Part shown: in pieces, positions 50,701-61,880 of the stretch | How positions within the stretch are numbered: the stretch's first letter is position 1 | How the letters are laid out: the number at the start of each line of letters is the position of its first letter | Source: Lama glama | Taxonomy: Eukaryota | Assembly: GCA_028534125.1 (NCBI GenBank) | Contig: CM052825.1 | Coordinates: 310,001-374,000, forward strand | Direction of reading: 5' to 3' | Length of the DNA stretch: 64,000 bases | The notes under the pieces: generated by a model | What the model was told of the DNA's origin: nothing | The model's input: only the letters and a program-made list of their open reading frames with translations | Databases searched by the model: none | Program-made: the position numbers and the translations under genes

Positions 50701-51125
50701 ATGGTGAAGTTCACATTATGCATATTTTGCCATAACTATAAAAAATTTTTAAAATAGATCAAAAACAAAAAGTACAAAAAAAAAAAGCAAAGCTGACTGC
50801 AGACAGGCATGGGATGGAAACGACAGGCCCACATCCAGGGCGGGCCCAGGGCAGGTGCACGTGGTCCCGGCACCTGCCCACCGAGGCACAGACGGAGGAG
50901 GGCGATGTCCAGGCCGGGCAGAATCTCCACTGCACGGGCTCCGCCACGGGGTCCAGCCTCAAGGGTGAAGGCGGGACTCAAGGTCCTCCGCCCACACCCA
51001 CAGTCTTCCCAAGCCCGCTGGGAGTGGCGGCCCCAAAGAGCCTCAGGCCAGGCCGTGCGGGGCCCAGGCCAGCAGGCACCGGGATGGCCCTGGGGCTGGA
51101 CGCGGTGAGGGCTGGGCGGGCCCAC

Positions 51126-51296
51126 CTTCCTCACGTAGGACACGGCGTCCTCCTCCGTGTACACCTCGGCGCTCACGCCCCCACGGCGGTGGCGGGCCTT
51201 CACCACGGGGCTTGGCAGCGACGGAGAGACCTCCTCGTCGTGCAGGTCTGACTGGGAAGCCGACTTCTGCTGAGCCAGAAGCTGTCTGGTCTCCTC
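51126..51296 (-). CDS. PRKAR1B: PRKAR1B exon 3 (171 nt): linker and pseudosubstrate inhibitor site
   Basis: Acceptor ccccgcag|GAG, donor AAG|gtgggc. Translates [57 protein letters not shown]; phase 0/0. Confidence 0.97.
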
Positions 51297-54200
51297 CTGC
51301 GGGGGCAACGGAGCAGGTGAAGAGGGCACTGTCACGGGAGAGCCCCAGAGGCCGGGCCGCTCCCGGGAAGGCAGGGACCCAGCCCGCCCGGCCACAGCCC
51401 CTGCCCAGCCTCCGCCCTCCGCGCCTCCGGGGCTGCCCTGTGCTACCCCTGCCCTGCGCCCTGGACACCAAGGGCTGCTCCACGTCCCCCCTCAACTCGA
51501 CAGCTCTGTGGCCACAGAGCCTGGCTCCAGGCTCATGCACACTCGCAACTGCACGCGACGTCTCCCAGTACCAGATTCCACAGGTCTACCAGGCAAGTGT
51601 CCGAGGCCCCACCAGCCCCACCAGGCTACCCCCACCAGGGCAGGAGACACCCGCTCTGCTCACGGATGTGGGTGGGTACCAGGGAAGCAAACCTCTCCTG
51701 TTCTTCCCTCTCTGGTCATCACAGCTTTTTAGAAACCGTCTACACACAGAGGGTGGGAATCCAAAAAGTGCAAAGGGGCCTGCAGTGACAGCAGGTCCGC
51801 CACGCCCGACCCCTGGGTCCCCAGAGCGCTCTCATGACCAGTGGGTGACCTCAGGGAGCGCACAGGGAGGAGCTGGGTCACTCAGCAGGCAGACCCTCAC
51901 CTGTGTCCCCACACGCTCAGCACCGGGCCCCCCTCCCCCTCATCCACCAAGGGCCCCCTTCCCCGAACACAGCCCGAACCCCGCAGTCTCCTCCCCCAAC
52001 CTGGTGTTGACCCAGGAGTCTCCCAGGAGAAGCAGGCAGTGAGGATGTGCATCCCGGTCCCCCGTGCTCTTCCCAGGACTCCTGCCCCCGGCCCTCCAGG
52101 CGCTGCCCCACCCCCTCGAGCCGCCGTCCGGCCCCTCCAGGCAGCTCCCCCCAGTGTTTCAAGCCTCCCAGGCACCCTGCGAGCCCTCACAGAACCGTGA
52201 AGCCACCTAATTCAAGCTACCGTGCAGGAGACCTCTGGGGGCAACTCCCACCCCCAGAGGGCTCGTCCTTCCTGAAGAAGACATTTACAGAGGCCCCCGA
52301 GGGGACCTGGCAGTTCAGACGGGGGTGGGGAATCTCCCACAGAAAACCTGCAGGAAAAAGGCAGGGATCCACCACCTCCCCAAAGCCAGCCGTTCACGCC
52401 CGCGTTCGTTCTACGCGCGTTCGCTGCCTGGCGTCTTCTCAGCACCACTGTTGACGCTTGCTCTTTCCTCGTAAGAGGATTTCTAACCTTTCAGGAAACA
52501 GATCAGCGGTAAGACCCTCATCAAAAGTTGGACACATGTACATGCCGATTCTGCACAACGTTAGAAGCAGCGTGCGTCCTGGTGGGGTGAGCGGGTCAGG
52601 CCGCTGGCAAGCTGACACTCTGTTTGCGGCTCTGCAGCTGCTCCCGTCTCCCACCAGGGCCTGGGAATCAGAACAGCTCAGCCATCCCCCCAGAAACCCA
52701 GACACCAGAGGGCCCGGAGCCCAGCGTCCCGCGTTCCAGGGGAGACTCACAGTCAGCCTGCTCCTTCACACTCACTCAACTATCCGTGTCTGCAGGTGCA
52801 GCAAAGGCGTCTTTCAAATATACCTGATTATTAATATTCAGATCTTATTATGAACCTATAGACAACGTGTAAAAGACAAAGTGGTGCTTTTCTGCAAAGG
52901 TATAAATGTTATCAATACAGACGATGCAAAATGAAAAGTTCAGCCAGCACGAGGGAGGCAGAATTCTGCAGAAGCAAGCTGACCAGTGAGACAGGCTAAG
53001 GTCTGACAAAGCAGAGGCTCAAAGAACACAGCTAATAGTCAAAGAAATTACAAACTAAGGAGTTAGTAACACAGCAGTTAACAGATCTGATTCATTAGAT
53101 GAATGAATGAATACCTTTTTATTTTCACTTTTTTACTTTGAAAATCGGAGTAACCCAGAATACAGACATTTTCCTTCTTGTTTTACTTGACGTTACATCT
53201 AGAGTTTAAACACAGTTAGGAAAGGAGGAGGTGGAGGGGGTGAGACATGCCCGCGAGAACAAAGTTGAAAGGAACCATCTTTACAAGCGCTGAGGAGAGG
53301 GCTGGGGCGGAACGCCTTCAGCTTCCTTCTTGGTCCTACGTTGGTGCAACACAAACATGCTGGAAGGAACAGTCATGTCGTGATAAAAATGAAACATTTG
53401 TTTACTGCTGTGTAGACAGAAATACCACTAAAACCACCTAAATAAATGACAAACCCCAGAAATGATGCCCTCTGCCTCCTTCACCCTGAGGAGACCTGGG
53501 CTCCAACAGGAAGGGCTCGATTCTCAGGCAATTCCACGGTCTGCGGCCCAGGAGCGGAAAACAGCACCTCGCCCAGGGGACCTGCTTTCTCGCCGAGGGA
53601 AAGACGGGAAAGCAGTAAGGGGCCCTCCTCCCCTTACTGCCCATCCCCTAGATGGCATCCCTGGTGAACTCCTACATATGCTTCAAGGCCCACTTCAATG
53701 CAACCTCCAGCAACAAGCCTTCCTATCACCTCCCCTTCCTCTGTACGCCTCCAAAGCATTTTGTTCACACCAGCTGGAGCTCAAGTCTCGTTGCTTCAAA
53801 ATGACCAGCTGCCGGGGAGCATGGCCCACCTGACAGTGACCCCCTCCCCTCATTGCAAGAGGCGGTGCCACCAGCACTGGCTGAAGTAAGAGTGGACGGA
53901 GGACAGAGACATGAATGATGTAGTCAAGACAGGAAGACGGTCCTCGTGTCTGTGAACTGTCACGACCACACACCAGCACTCAGCCGCGCAGCCACAGGTG
54001 AGAGCGCGAGGCCGACGTCCGGGGACCAGGACACAGAGAGCCCCACGGAGGTGGTTGAGGGGCAGGGACGACCCCTCCAGAGCCAGGGTTCCCGGCGTCC
54101 GTCTCAGTCACCTGTGGTACGGGACTGGAGGCGAGGGTGGGGTTGCAGAGGGTTTCCCACAGGACGGCAGGCCGGCAGGACGGCAGGATGGCAGGCCGGC

Positions 54201-55529
54201 AGGCCAGGCCTCGGGAGAGCCAGCAGCTCGAGGAATTGTGACCAAACAAAGCAGCGGCAGCAGCCGTGGTGACACCAGTGTGCGGCCAGGATGCGGCCTC
54301 GCAGTGCCCGGCCCCAGGGCCCTGGGAAACACGACAACCTTCCGGGGCCACTCCCGGCAGAGGCTCGTTCTACAGACAGAGGCTGGCTGGGGTCCACGGT
54401 GCGGTCAGGACCCCAGGCTTGCCATGCGGCCACCAGAAGCCACTTCTCTTCAAGGAAGCCGTGGTCCAGGCCTGCTTCTCCAGCACCGGAGAGCACCCCC
54501 TGTCCCAGCACGGAGAGGACTTTCCATCTGTGGCAGCAAAGGGTCAAGTGAGGCGGGAAACACGGAGGCCACTGGAGGGGTGTTGAGAGGACATGGGGGC
54601 CGGGAGCCAGGGCCCCCGGGCACAGCAGGAGGACAACCCCCGGGCTCTGCCTGGACCATCCAGACCGATATTTCTGGACACCGTCCCTTCCCCCCACCCC
54701 AGAGATTCCAGGAAAATCTCTCATTCTCGGAGCCTCCCCTTCCTGTCTCCTGTTTCCACGCTGATGAATTGTCCGGGCTGTGGGGCGGTCAAGGGCTCGG
54801 GGTCAGAACAGGCAAGCCAGGCCAAGGAATCTTCATAACAAGAGTGTGGGAATGGCCTTTCCAGAAAGCTTCGCAGCCAGCATCTGCCCCAAATCACGTC
54901 ACGCAGCTCCGGGGACGGTCCCTGCCCTGCCCTCAGGGCCGAGAGCCCCCAGGGCCATGATGATGGTCGTGGTCACCTTCCGACCACATTTTTCCTCCTT
55001 CAGCATCGCAGATGACATTCAGGGGGTGGAGTCCAGGGAGGCTTTCTGGAACTGAGCTGGCCCCCCAGCGTCTGGGACCCTGGGAGAGTGGAGGTCCTGC
55101 CCTGCTCCCACTCCGTCCCGGGGGTGAGGACACCCCCGTTCTGTCCCTCGAGGGGATTTCTGGGGGCAGCTCATCGAGCCACTAGATTCCTCACGAGGGC
55201 CTCACACACCGAGCGGGAGAGGCCGCCCCTGAGGGCGGTGGCCGGATGTGGGCAGGCGTCCCCTCCCTGCAGGCCTCTCCCACACACCCTGAGCGCTGCT
55301 CCCCGCCCGCTGTGAAACCTCAGTCCAAGGGGAGCCGAGGTACCCGAGGACCCAGGACCAGGGGAGGGGCCGGCGTTGCCAGGCCCGCAGGAGCCCCAAG
55401 CACCCCCGCCCCGGGCTGCAGAGAGGAAGGCAGACGAGGGAGTCACCCCACCGGTGAGGCGGGGAAGCCGAGGCCCAGAGAGGGTGAAGGACGTGCCCAC
55501 AGGGCACCCAGCCAGTCAGAGGCAGGGTG

Positions 55530-55800
55530 AGATCATTCACTGAGCACCTTCTATATACCAGGCCTCATACCAAAAATGCAACAAAGAAAAAGAAACAGTT
55601 GTGTCACGAAGGAGGTTACTGTGAGATCTCGAACAGGGAAGCAGACGGTGAGAGCCACAGCAAGACGACTAAAGGACCAGGTACAGGGCTGCGCCAGCAG
55701 CGAGGCTCTAGACCAACCTCGGGGAGGAGTCGCGGAGGGCTTCCTGGAGGAGGCGCCTTCTGCGTCCACGCAGATGAGAAGAGCTGAACTGGGGGACGTG
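55530..55800 (-). mobile_element. L2 fragment
   Basis: cattcactgagcaccttctatataccaggc...gggcttcctggaggaggcg, typical antisense L2 landmarks. Confidence 0.7.
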
Positions 55801-56043
55801 GGCAGCTGTAGTTCGCCCCCTCCACCCTCCTCCCCACTCCCCACCCCCCACCTGAGGCAAATCACAGTTTGCGTGTCTCTTCCTGACATGGCTGCCCCCG
55901 CAGATGCCTGTCTGCTTCATCCATCTCTTCAGACAGTCTGCCATTATCTTGACTTCTGCTTCATTAACGTCTGCTTTTACCCCATTATTCTTCCTTCTTT
56001 CTGTCTTGCTTTATTCCTCTATTGCTGATGCTCAGGCCGCACA

Positions 56044-56381
56044 CTGCAGTGGGCTGCAAAGGGCCCCCCAAAACTCAGGTCCACCCGGAACCTCAGAGTG
56101 CGGCTTCGTTTGGAAACAGGCTCTTTGCAGACGTAATCAGGTGAGGCTGAGGTCACCTACAATGAGGGTGGCCCTGATCCCACGACAGGCGTCCTTATAA
56201 GAAGGGCCCCGGAAGCTGGACAGGGGCCTGGGGTAGATCCGCCGTCGGGGCCCCCGGAAGCTACTGCCCCCACCAGAGCCTTGATCTCGGGCTTCTGGTT
56301 TGCAGAACTGTGAGGCAATAGCTGTTTCAAGCTGCCCGATTTTTTGATGACTCGCCGTGGCACCTAGGAAACTGAGACACA
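56044..56381 (+). mobile_element. MLT1C-like MaLR solo LTR (internally deleted)
   Basis: tgcagtgggctgcaaagggccccccaaaa...tttggaaacaggctctttgcagacgtaat...gtccttataagaag...cagaactgtgag...cctaggaaactgagaca. Confidence 0.85.
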
Positions 56382-56894
56382 CAGCTCACTAACCTCTAGT
56401 CTCGTCTCCTCATGAAGCTGTAAGTGTCCCTCCAGGCCCCGACCTGCTGCGTCCCACCTGCTTTGGTATGGAAGCTTTTATTGTCACTCAGCCCTGAGGG
56501 TTTCATAACTTTTACTACGACAGCCTCCTTTACCTGATGAGCCACACAGAAGCTCACTGCGCACACAGAAGCTGGCCTCTCTCTTCCTCCCTGGCTCTCT
56601 CTACTAATAATTCGTAACTCAACTGAGTTGTAGTCAAAGAATTCGGTTTCTGAGTGAGAAAAAGATTCAAACTCATCCTGGGATCCCTTGAAATAGCACG
56701 TCCCACTGTGTACTTGACTCTAGAAGTCCGATTTACACATGCCTTCCAGGATCTCCCAGGTCGACTGGTCCTGCCCTGAAGGGACAGGGACCAAAGAAGG
56801 AAACTGAGCTCAGTAACGCCACGAGGGCAGACGCCACATCCTCTACAGTCACAGCCCCGCCACCACACGTGCCGGATGGCACAGCCGCAAAACC

Positions 56895-56993
56895 CTGTGC
56901 CTCCCCGCTCAGCACCGCGCCGTCAGCACCTGGAACAGCGCCCGGCGCACAGCAGCTATTCCGTAAACACCGAGGTTCAGTGAATGAATGAAA
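56895..56993 (+). mobile_element. L2 3' terminus
   Basis: cagcacctggaacagcgcccggcgcacagcagctattccgtaaacacc...tgaatgaatgaa. Confidence 0.7.
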
Positions 56994-57259
56994 CGTTTTT
57001 GGAGAACTGGCATCATTCATCCATGGGTACTTCTGAGCCTCGTAATTCTACTTCTTAAAATACATCCTAAGGAGACAGGGAGAGGCGTCAGAAAGATCCC
57101 TGTACTAGAGCGGTCGGACCGGCCACAGTGAGAAATTGTTCCAATCCATTTAGAGCCATCTATACGATAGAATGCTTTGCGCCGTTACATCTGCTTTTAG
57201 CAGATTTAGTAACAAAGTTTGCTTTAAAACTCCAAAAAGCAGGATTCAAAATTATATAT

Positions 57260-58340
57260 AATAGTTAAGAGAATGAAGAGACAAGTCACAGACTGAGAGA
57301 AAAATTTGCAAAACACACAGCTGGTGCAGGACTTTCATGAAAATGTACAAAAAGCTCTTAAAAACCAGCAACAAGAAAACAAACACCCCAAGTGGAAAAC
57401 AGGCAAACGGCCTGGACAGACAGCTCACCAAGGGAGACACACAGGTGGCAAAGAAGCCCAGGACACGCCGTCAGGGAAACACAATGGAACAAGTGAGACG
57501 CCACCACACAGCTGGCAGGGCGGCGCACGTGTGGGCGCTGACGACACCGACGCCGCGGGGCCGCGGGGCTGTGGGGGCTCTTGTCCGTCGCGGCGGGGAT
57601 GCGACCCAGTGCAGCCACTCTGGGAGCCGGTGTGGTGCTTCCACACAAACCTAAACAGACTCTTAACGTGCAGTCCAGTGATTACACCCTGGTATTTATC
57701 CAAGACTTGAAAGCTCATGTCCACACAAAAACCTGCACACAAGTGTTTACTTACAGCAGCTTTACTCACAATTGCCAAAACCCGGAAGCAACCAAGGTGT
57801 CCTTCAGGAGGTGACAGCTAAACAAACCGTGGTCCTTCCAGACCACGGGGCCATTTGGCAGTGAAAGGAAACGAGCCATCAAGTCGTGAAAAGACGCAGC
57901 GGAGCCGCGCACGCGTACACGGCTGAGTGAAAGCAGCCAGCCTGAACAGGCCGCACACGGTGACCCCAACTCTACGACCGCCTGGAAAAGGCAAGACTAG
58001 GGAGACAGTGAAGACAGCAGTGGTGGCCGGGGCTGGGGTGGGGGACGAGGCGGAGCACGGGGCGTCCATGGGGCAGCGAAACTACTCAGGTGACGCTGCA
58101 GTGGTGGGCACAGGTCCCGCACTGGTCCAGACCCCAGGCTGTGCCACGCCCAGACTGAGCCCTCAGGTGAGCTGCAGACCCTGGACAACAGTGACGCACC
58201 GACGCTGGTCACCAGCTGTCCCCGTGAGCCACACTGATTAACACAAGACGGCCGTAACAGGACAGACGGGGGTGGGGGTGGACACGGGAAACCTCTGTAC
58301 TTTCTGCTCAGTTTTCTGTAGACCTAAAACTTCTCTGAAA
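57260..58340 (+). mobile_element. L1MC1-like LINE 3' portion
   Basis: gttaagagaatgaagagacaagtcacagactgagaga...tgtccacacaaaaacctgcacac...ctctgtactttctgctcagttttctgtagacctaaaacttctctgaaaa. Confidence 0.9.
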
Positions 58341-58599
58341 AGTAGCTTATTGTTTCAAAAGTTATCGACAGTAGCTTACACACTTTAGCACACGTGGGGG
58401 AGGGAGAGGGAGACCAGCGACAAGCACAGAAAAGCACCTCCCAGGGAACCCGGGTGCCAGAGGCCGCCGTCTGGAGAGGCCTCACGAGGGGACATTGGGT
58501 TTCTTTATTCTTCTCTGTATTTTCTTGATTTCCTAAAATTTTGTGGAATCGACCTTTCTTTGTAATACTCGGTCGTGTCTGAAAGCTTTAAACCTGCTC

Positions 58600-58706
58600 T
58601 ACTTATTTCTGCCTTGTTTTGCAGGGCAGGTAACTAGGTTGGGGGTTGAACCCGGGGCCTCGTGCGTGCTGAGCGCGTGCTCCACCACGAAGCTGCACCT
58701 TCCTCC
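58600..58706 (-). mobile_element. tRNA-derived SINE (vic-1-like), GC-shifted
   Basis: Minus strand ggaggaaggtgcagcttcgtggtggagcacgcgctcagcacgcacgaggccccgggttcaacccccaa; flanked by taaacct(g/t)ct. Confidence 0.82.
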
Positions 58707-58821
58707 TAAACCTTCTTTAAGGAACGCCCTGTGCTCAGCCTCTCGTTTTGTGGAGAAGCTTCATCAGACGGACGGACAGTGGCCCTCTGAGTCTGAGATT
58801 CCTCTCACGGAGTCGTGGCCT

Positions 58822-58846
58822 GGACGGACGGACGGACGGACGGACA
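58822..58846. repeat. (GGAC)6 microsatellite
   Basis: ggacggacggacggacggacggac. Confidence 0.9.
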
Positions 58847-59029
58847 AATGCAGCTAAGCCTCAGCAAGCAGACCCCTGCTGGGCCCCTGGGGGAGCAGGG
58901 TGACCGCCAGCAGCCGCTGCAGGGATGCAGCCCTGGTTCCGCCCCTCGTCTGCAGAAGCGTTATCCCTGCGGCCATGTCCGCGGTGTTTAGGGGGCGGGA
59001 CACAAAAGTGAGCTCACACTTAACTCACT

Positions 59030-59178
59030 AGTATATGTTACTTCAATTAAAAAAATAAATAATTAATTAAAAAACAAAATAAAATTTTTTATAAATTCAA
59101 AATAAAAAATAAAAATAAATTTTAATTTAAAATTTCTTGAAAATTATAAAATCCTTTAAATTTAAAAATTTTAAAAAC
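59030..59178. repeat. AT-rich low-complexity tract (probable expanded L1 tail)
   Basis: Almost only A/T; preceded by gtatatgttacttcaatt, an L1ME-like terminus. Confidence 0.8.
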
Positions 59179-59889
59179 CCAAGTATACGAGAAGTGTGAT
59201 GCACAAAAAAATGGAAGGAAAAGGGAACCTGCGTGTCTGAAGCAGCCCTGTGGGCAGTGAATCTCTTTTTCCAATGTATTTTCTGTTACTGACGATAGTT
59301 ATAAACCTTTCCAGCGCTTCTAAGACACAAGCAGGTGTGTTCTGCTTTCACTGCAGAAGGACACCCTAATACAACCTGACGGGGCTCTTCCCAGGAAGGC
59401 AAGGTCAGCTCAAACCTCAAAACGTAATCAAAGAGCATCTGACGAAATTCAGCATTCAGTCATGACTTAAAAAGAGAGAAAAAACTCAGTAAATAAGAAA
59501 CAGAAGGAAACTTCCTTAACACCACGGAGGAATCCACGCGAACCCACACCTGCGACTTAATGAAGAGACGAACGCTCCCCCAAGACCAGAACAGGACGAG
59601 GAGGCCTTTTCCCAGTCGCCCTGCTCAGCACCACGCCAGACGCACGTGCAGACGGAGAGGAAGACGCCAAACTCCCCGACGCAGCTGAACGCGTAGAAAA
59701 TCCCACAGAATCTGTAAAACTCTTCTAGTAAGTGACTCAGTGAAGCTGTAGTTTTAACAGCTTTTTGTACATTTTTCATACAAGTCCTTTATCAGATGTG
59801 TGTTTTGCAAAGTTAATACATAAAAGTCAATTATAGTTCTATAGTCGAGCAATGAACGATCGAATTTTAACATTTAAAAAACAGTGCAT

Positions 59890-60177
59890 TAAGTGAATGA
59901 AAAGACCCGCCACAGACGGGGAGAAAATATTTGCAAAACACACATCTGATAATATACAAAAGGCTCTTAAAACCCAGCATAAGAAACCAAACACTCCACG
60001 TGGAAAACAGACAAAGGATCAGGACACACACCTCACCGCAGAAGACACTCCGGTGGCAAACAAGCCCAGGACAGGAACTGCCCGTGGTGCGCCACCAGGG
60101 AAACGCAGACTAAAACCCCGAGAGGCCGCCACACACCCATGGGAACGGCCAGAATCCAGACACTGCCCACACCAGAC
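59890..60177 (+). mobile_element. Second L1MC1-like copy (tail at 60953-60995)
   Basis: gaatgaaaagacccgccacagacggggagaaaatatttgcaaaacacacatctgataa...; tail aaccccaaactgctctaaaaagtaaagcctatt. Confidence 0.85.
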
Positions 60178-60950
60178 CAAGCAAGTCGATCGGCGCCGTT
60201 TTTCCAACAGCATCTGCTCACTTCGTGCCTCTGTCACGTTTTCGTAATTCTCACAATACTTCAGATTTTCCATTACAGTTATGGGGATCTGTGGTCAGTG
60301 ATCTTTGTGCTACTGCTGCAAAAGGACTGCAGCTCGCTGAAGGCTCCGATGGTGGGGATCATTTTTCAGCACGATGTTTTTTAATTGAAGTACAGTCAGT
60401 TACAATGTGCTCATTTCTGGGGTACAGCACGTGTTTCAGTCATGCGTATATTCGTATTCATATTCTTTTTCATTGATTACAGGATATTGAATATAGTTCC
60501 CTGTGCTCTACAGAAGAAATTTGTTTTTATCTATTTTTATATATAGTGGTGAACATTTGCAAATCTCAAACTCCCAAATTTATCCCTTCCCACCCTCTTC
60601 TTCCCGGTGACCATAAGATTGTTTGCTGTGTCTGTGGGTCTGTTTCTGTCTTGTAGATGAGTTCATAGTGCCTCTTTTACCTTTTTTTTTCAGATTCCAC
60701 ATATGAGTGATCTCATACGGCATTTTTCTTTTTCTGGCTTATTTCACAGCACTGAAGTATTTTTAATTTAGGTCTGTATTTTGTTTTCTTAGACATAATG
60801 CTACTGAACACTTAACAGACTACAGTATAGAGGAAACATAACTTTTATCTGCACCGGGAAACCAAAAATTTGCACGGTTCTCTTTACCGCAGTCCTCGCT
60901 TTACTGGGGTGGTCTGGAACCAAACCTGCAGCATCTCTGACGTGTGCCCG
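60178..60950 (+). mobile_element. Tigger1-derived DNA transposon (internally deleted, 5' end missing), interrupted by a younger L1
   Basis: agcaagtcgatcggcgccgtttttccaacagcatctgctcacttcgtg and terminal ggtggtctggaaccaaacctgcagcatctctgacgtgtgcccg followed by TA. Confidence 0.88.
60377..60747 (-). mobile_element. Younger lineage-specific L1 3' end
   Basis: ttttttaattgaagtacagtcagttacaatg...ttgaatatagttccctgtgct...agattccacatatgagtgat...tctggcttatttcac; degenerate TSD cagcacgatgtttt / cagcactgaagtattt. Confidence 0.88.
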
Positions 60951-61749
60951 TAAACCCCAAACTGCTCTAAAAAGTAAAGCCTATTTTTTTTTAAAGTACC
61001 ATTAAAATAGAGTAAGAAGTGAAATAGGAGTAAACCGAACAAAATATGTGAAGGGTCTGTATACTGAAAGCAACACAAGTTTTTCCTTCACTCATGAAAG
61101 AAATTAAAGGCTTAAATAAACGCAGAGAAGTTCTGTGCTTGTGGTTTGGAAGATTCAATATTATTAAGATGTCTCTTCACCCCAGACTGATTTATACATT
61201 CAGTGTAATCCCAGTCAAGACCCCAGGAGGACCTTTTGGTCAGTACGACCCACATCACTGTAAGACACACCTGGAGAGAACCAGGAAACAGAGACAACTC
61301 TGAAAAGCGGCAAAGCTGTCAGACTCACACCGCCTGACCCCAGCAAACTGCAGGGACACAGCGGTGAGACGCAGGGGTGGCCCGGACAGCTCGACGGAGC
61401 AAGCCCGAAATCAGCCCAGAACCCCTGTCCCCGCGGGTCTTCGACAGGGCAGTGGCCTCACGCTAGGGGGGCTGCAAGCTCACTGGGTCCTTCGAGAGCG
61501 AACCGGCAGCAAGACTGGGAGCTGTAAAGCTATGCAGACAGCGCCCCCGAGCCCTCTCCTGACACATCTGCTTACACACTCATTTTTTTCTTTCATTTCT
61601 TTGGCATAAAGGTGTTTTACGAAGGGATAAAAAACTGAAAGCTACCGAACAGGAAACAAGGGGAGGAAAGTAACAACCGTGACCCATCCACGCGTGCAGC
61701 ACTGTAAGGCCACCAGATGCCAGGAAACTGCGGCTAAGAAGGATGCAGG

Positions 61750-61880
61750 CACCATGGTGCCCTGAAGCCCCTGAAACACACGCTGAAAGTGGTCCAAATG
61801 GTAAATCTTGTCATGTACATTTGACCACACACACACACACACACAGACGCTACTAAGAAAAAAATCAAACAAAAAATGCA
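61750..61880 (+). mobile_element. L1MB-type tail with (CA)n
   Basis: ctgaaacacacgctgaaagtggtccaaatggtaaatcttgtcatgtacatttgaccacacacacacacacacac. Confidence 0.65.

Larger units (their letters stand above)
59330..61460 (+). mobile_element. Old host L1 ORF2 (59330-59890 and ~61000-61460) split by nested insertions
   Basis: agaaacagaaggaaacttccttaac, tagaaaatcccacagaatct, then resumes with the MKEIKGLNKRREVLCLWFGRFNIIKMSLHPRLIYTFSVIPVK remnant. Confidence 0.82.

Noticed and set aside
53998-54960. 320-aa ORF and similar 200-300 aa ORFs elsewhere
   Set aside because: Same GC artefact; no homology or splice structure recognised.
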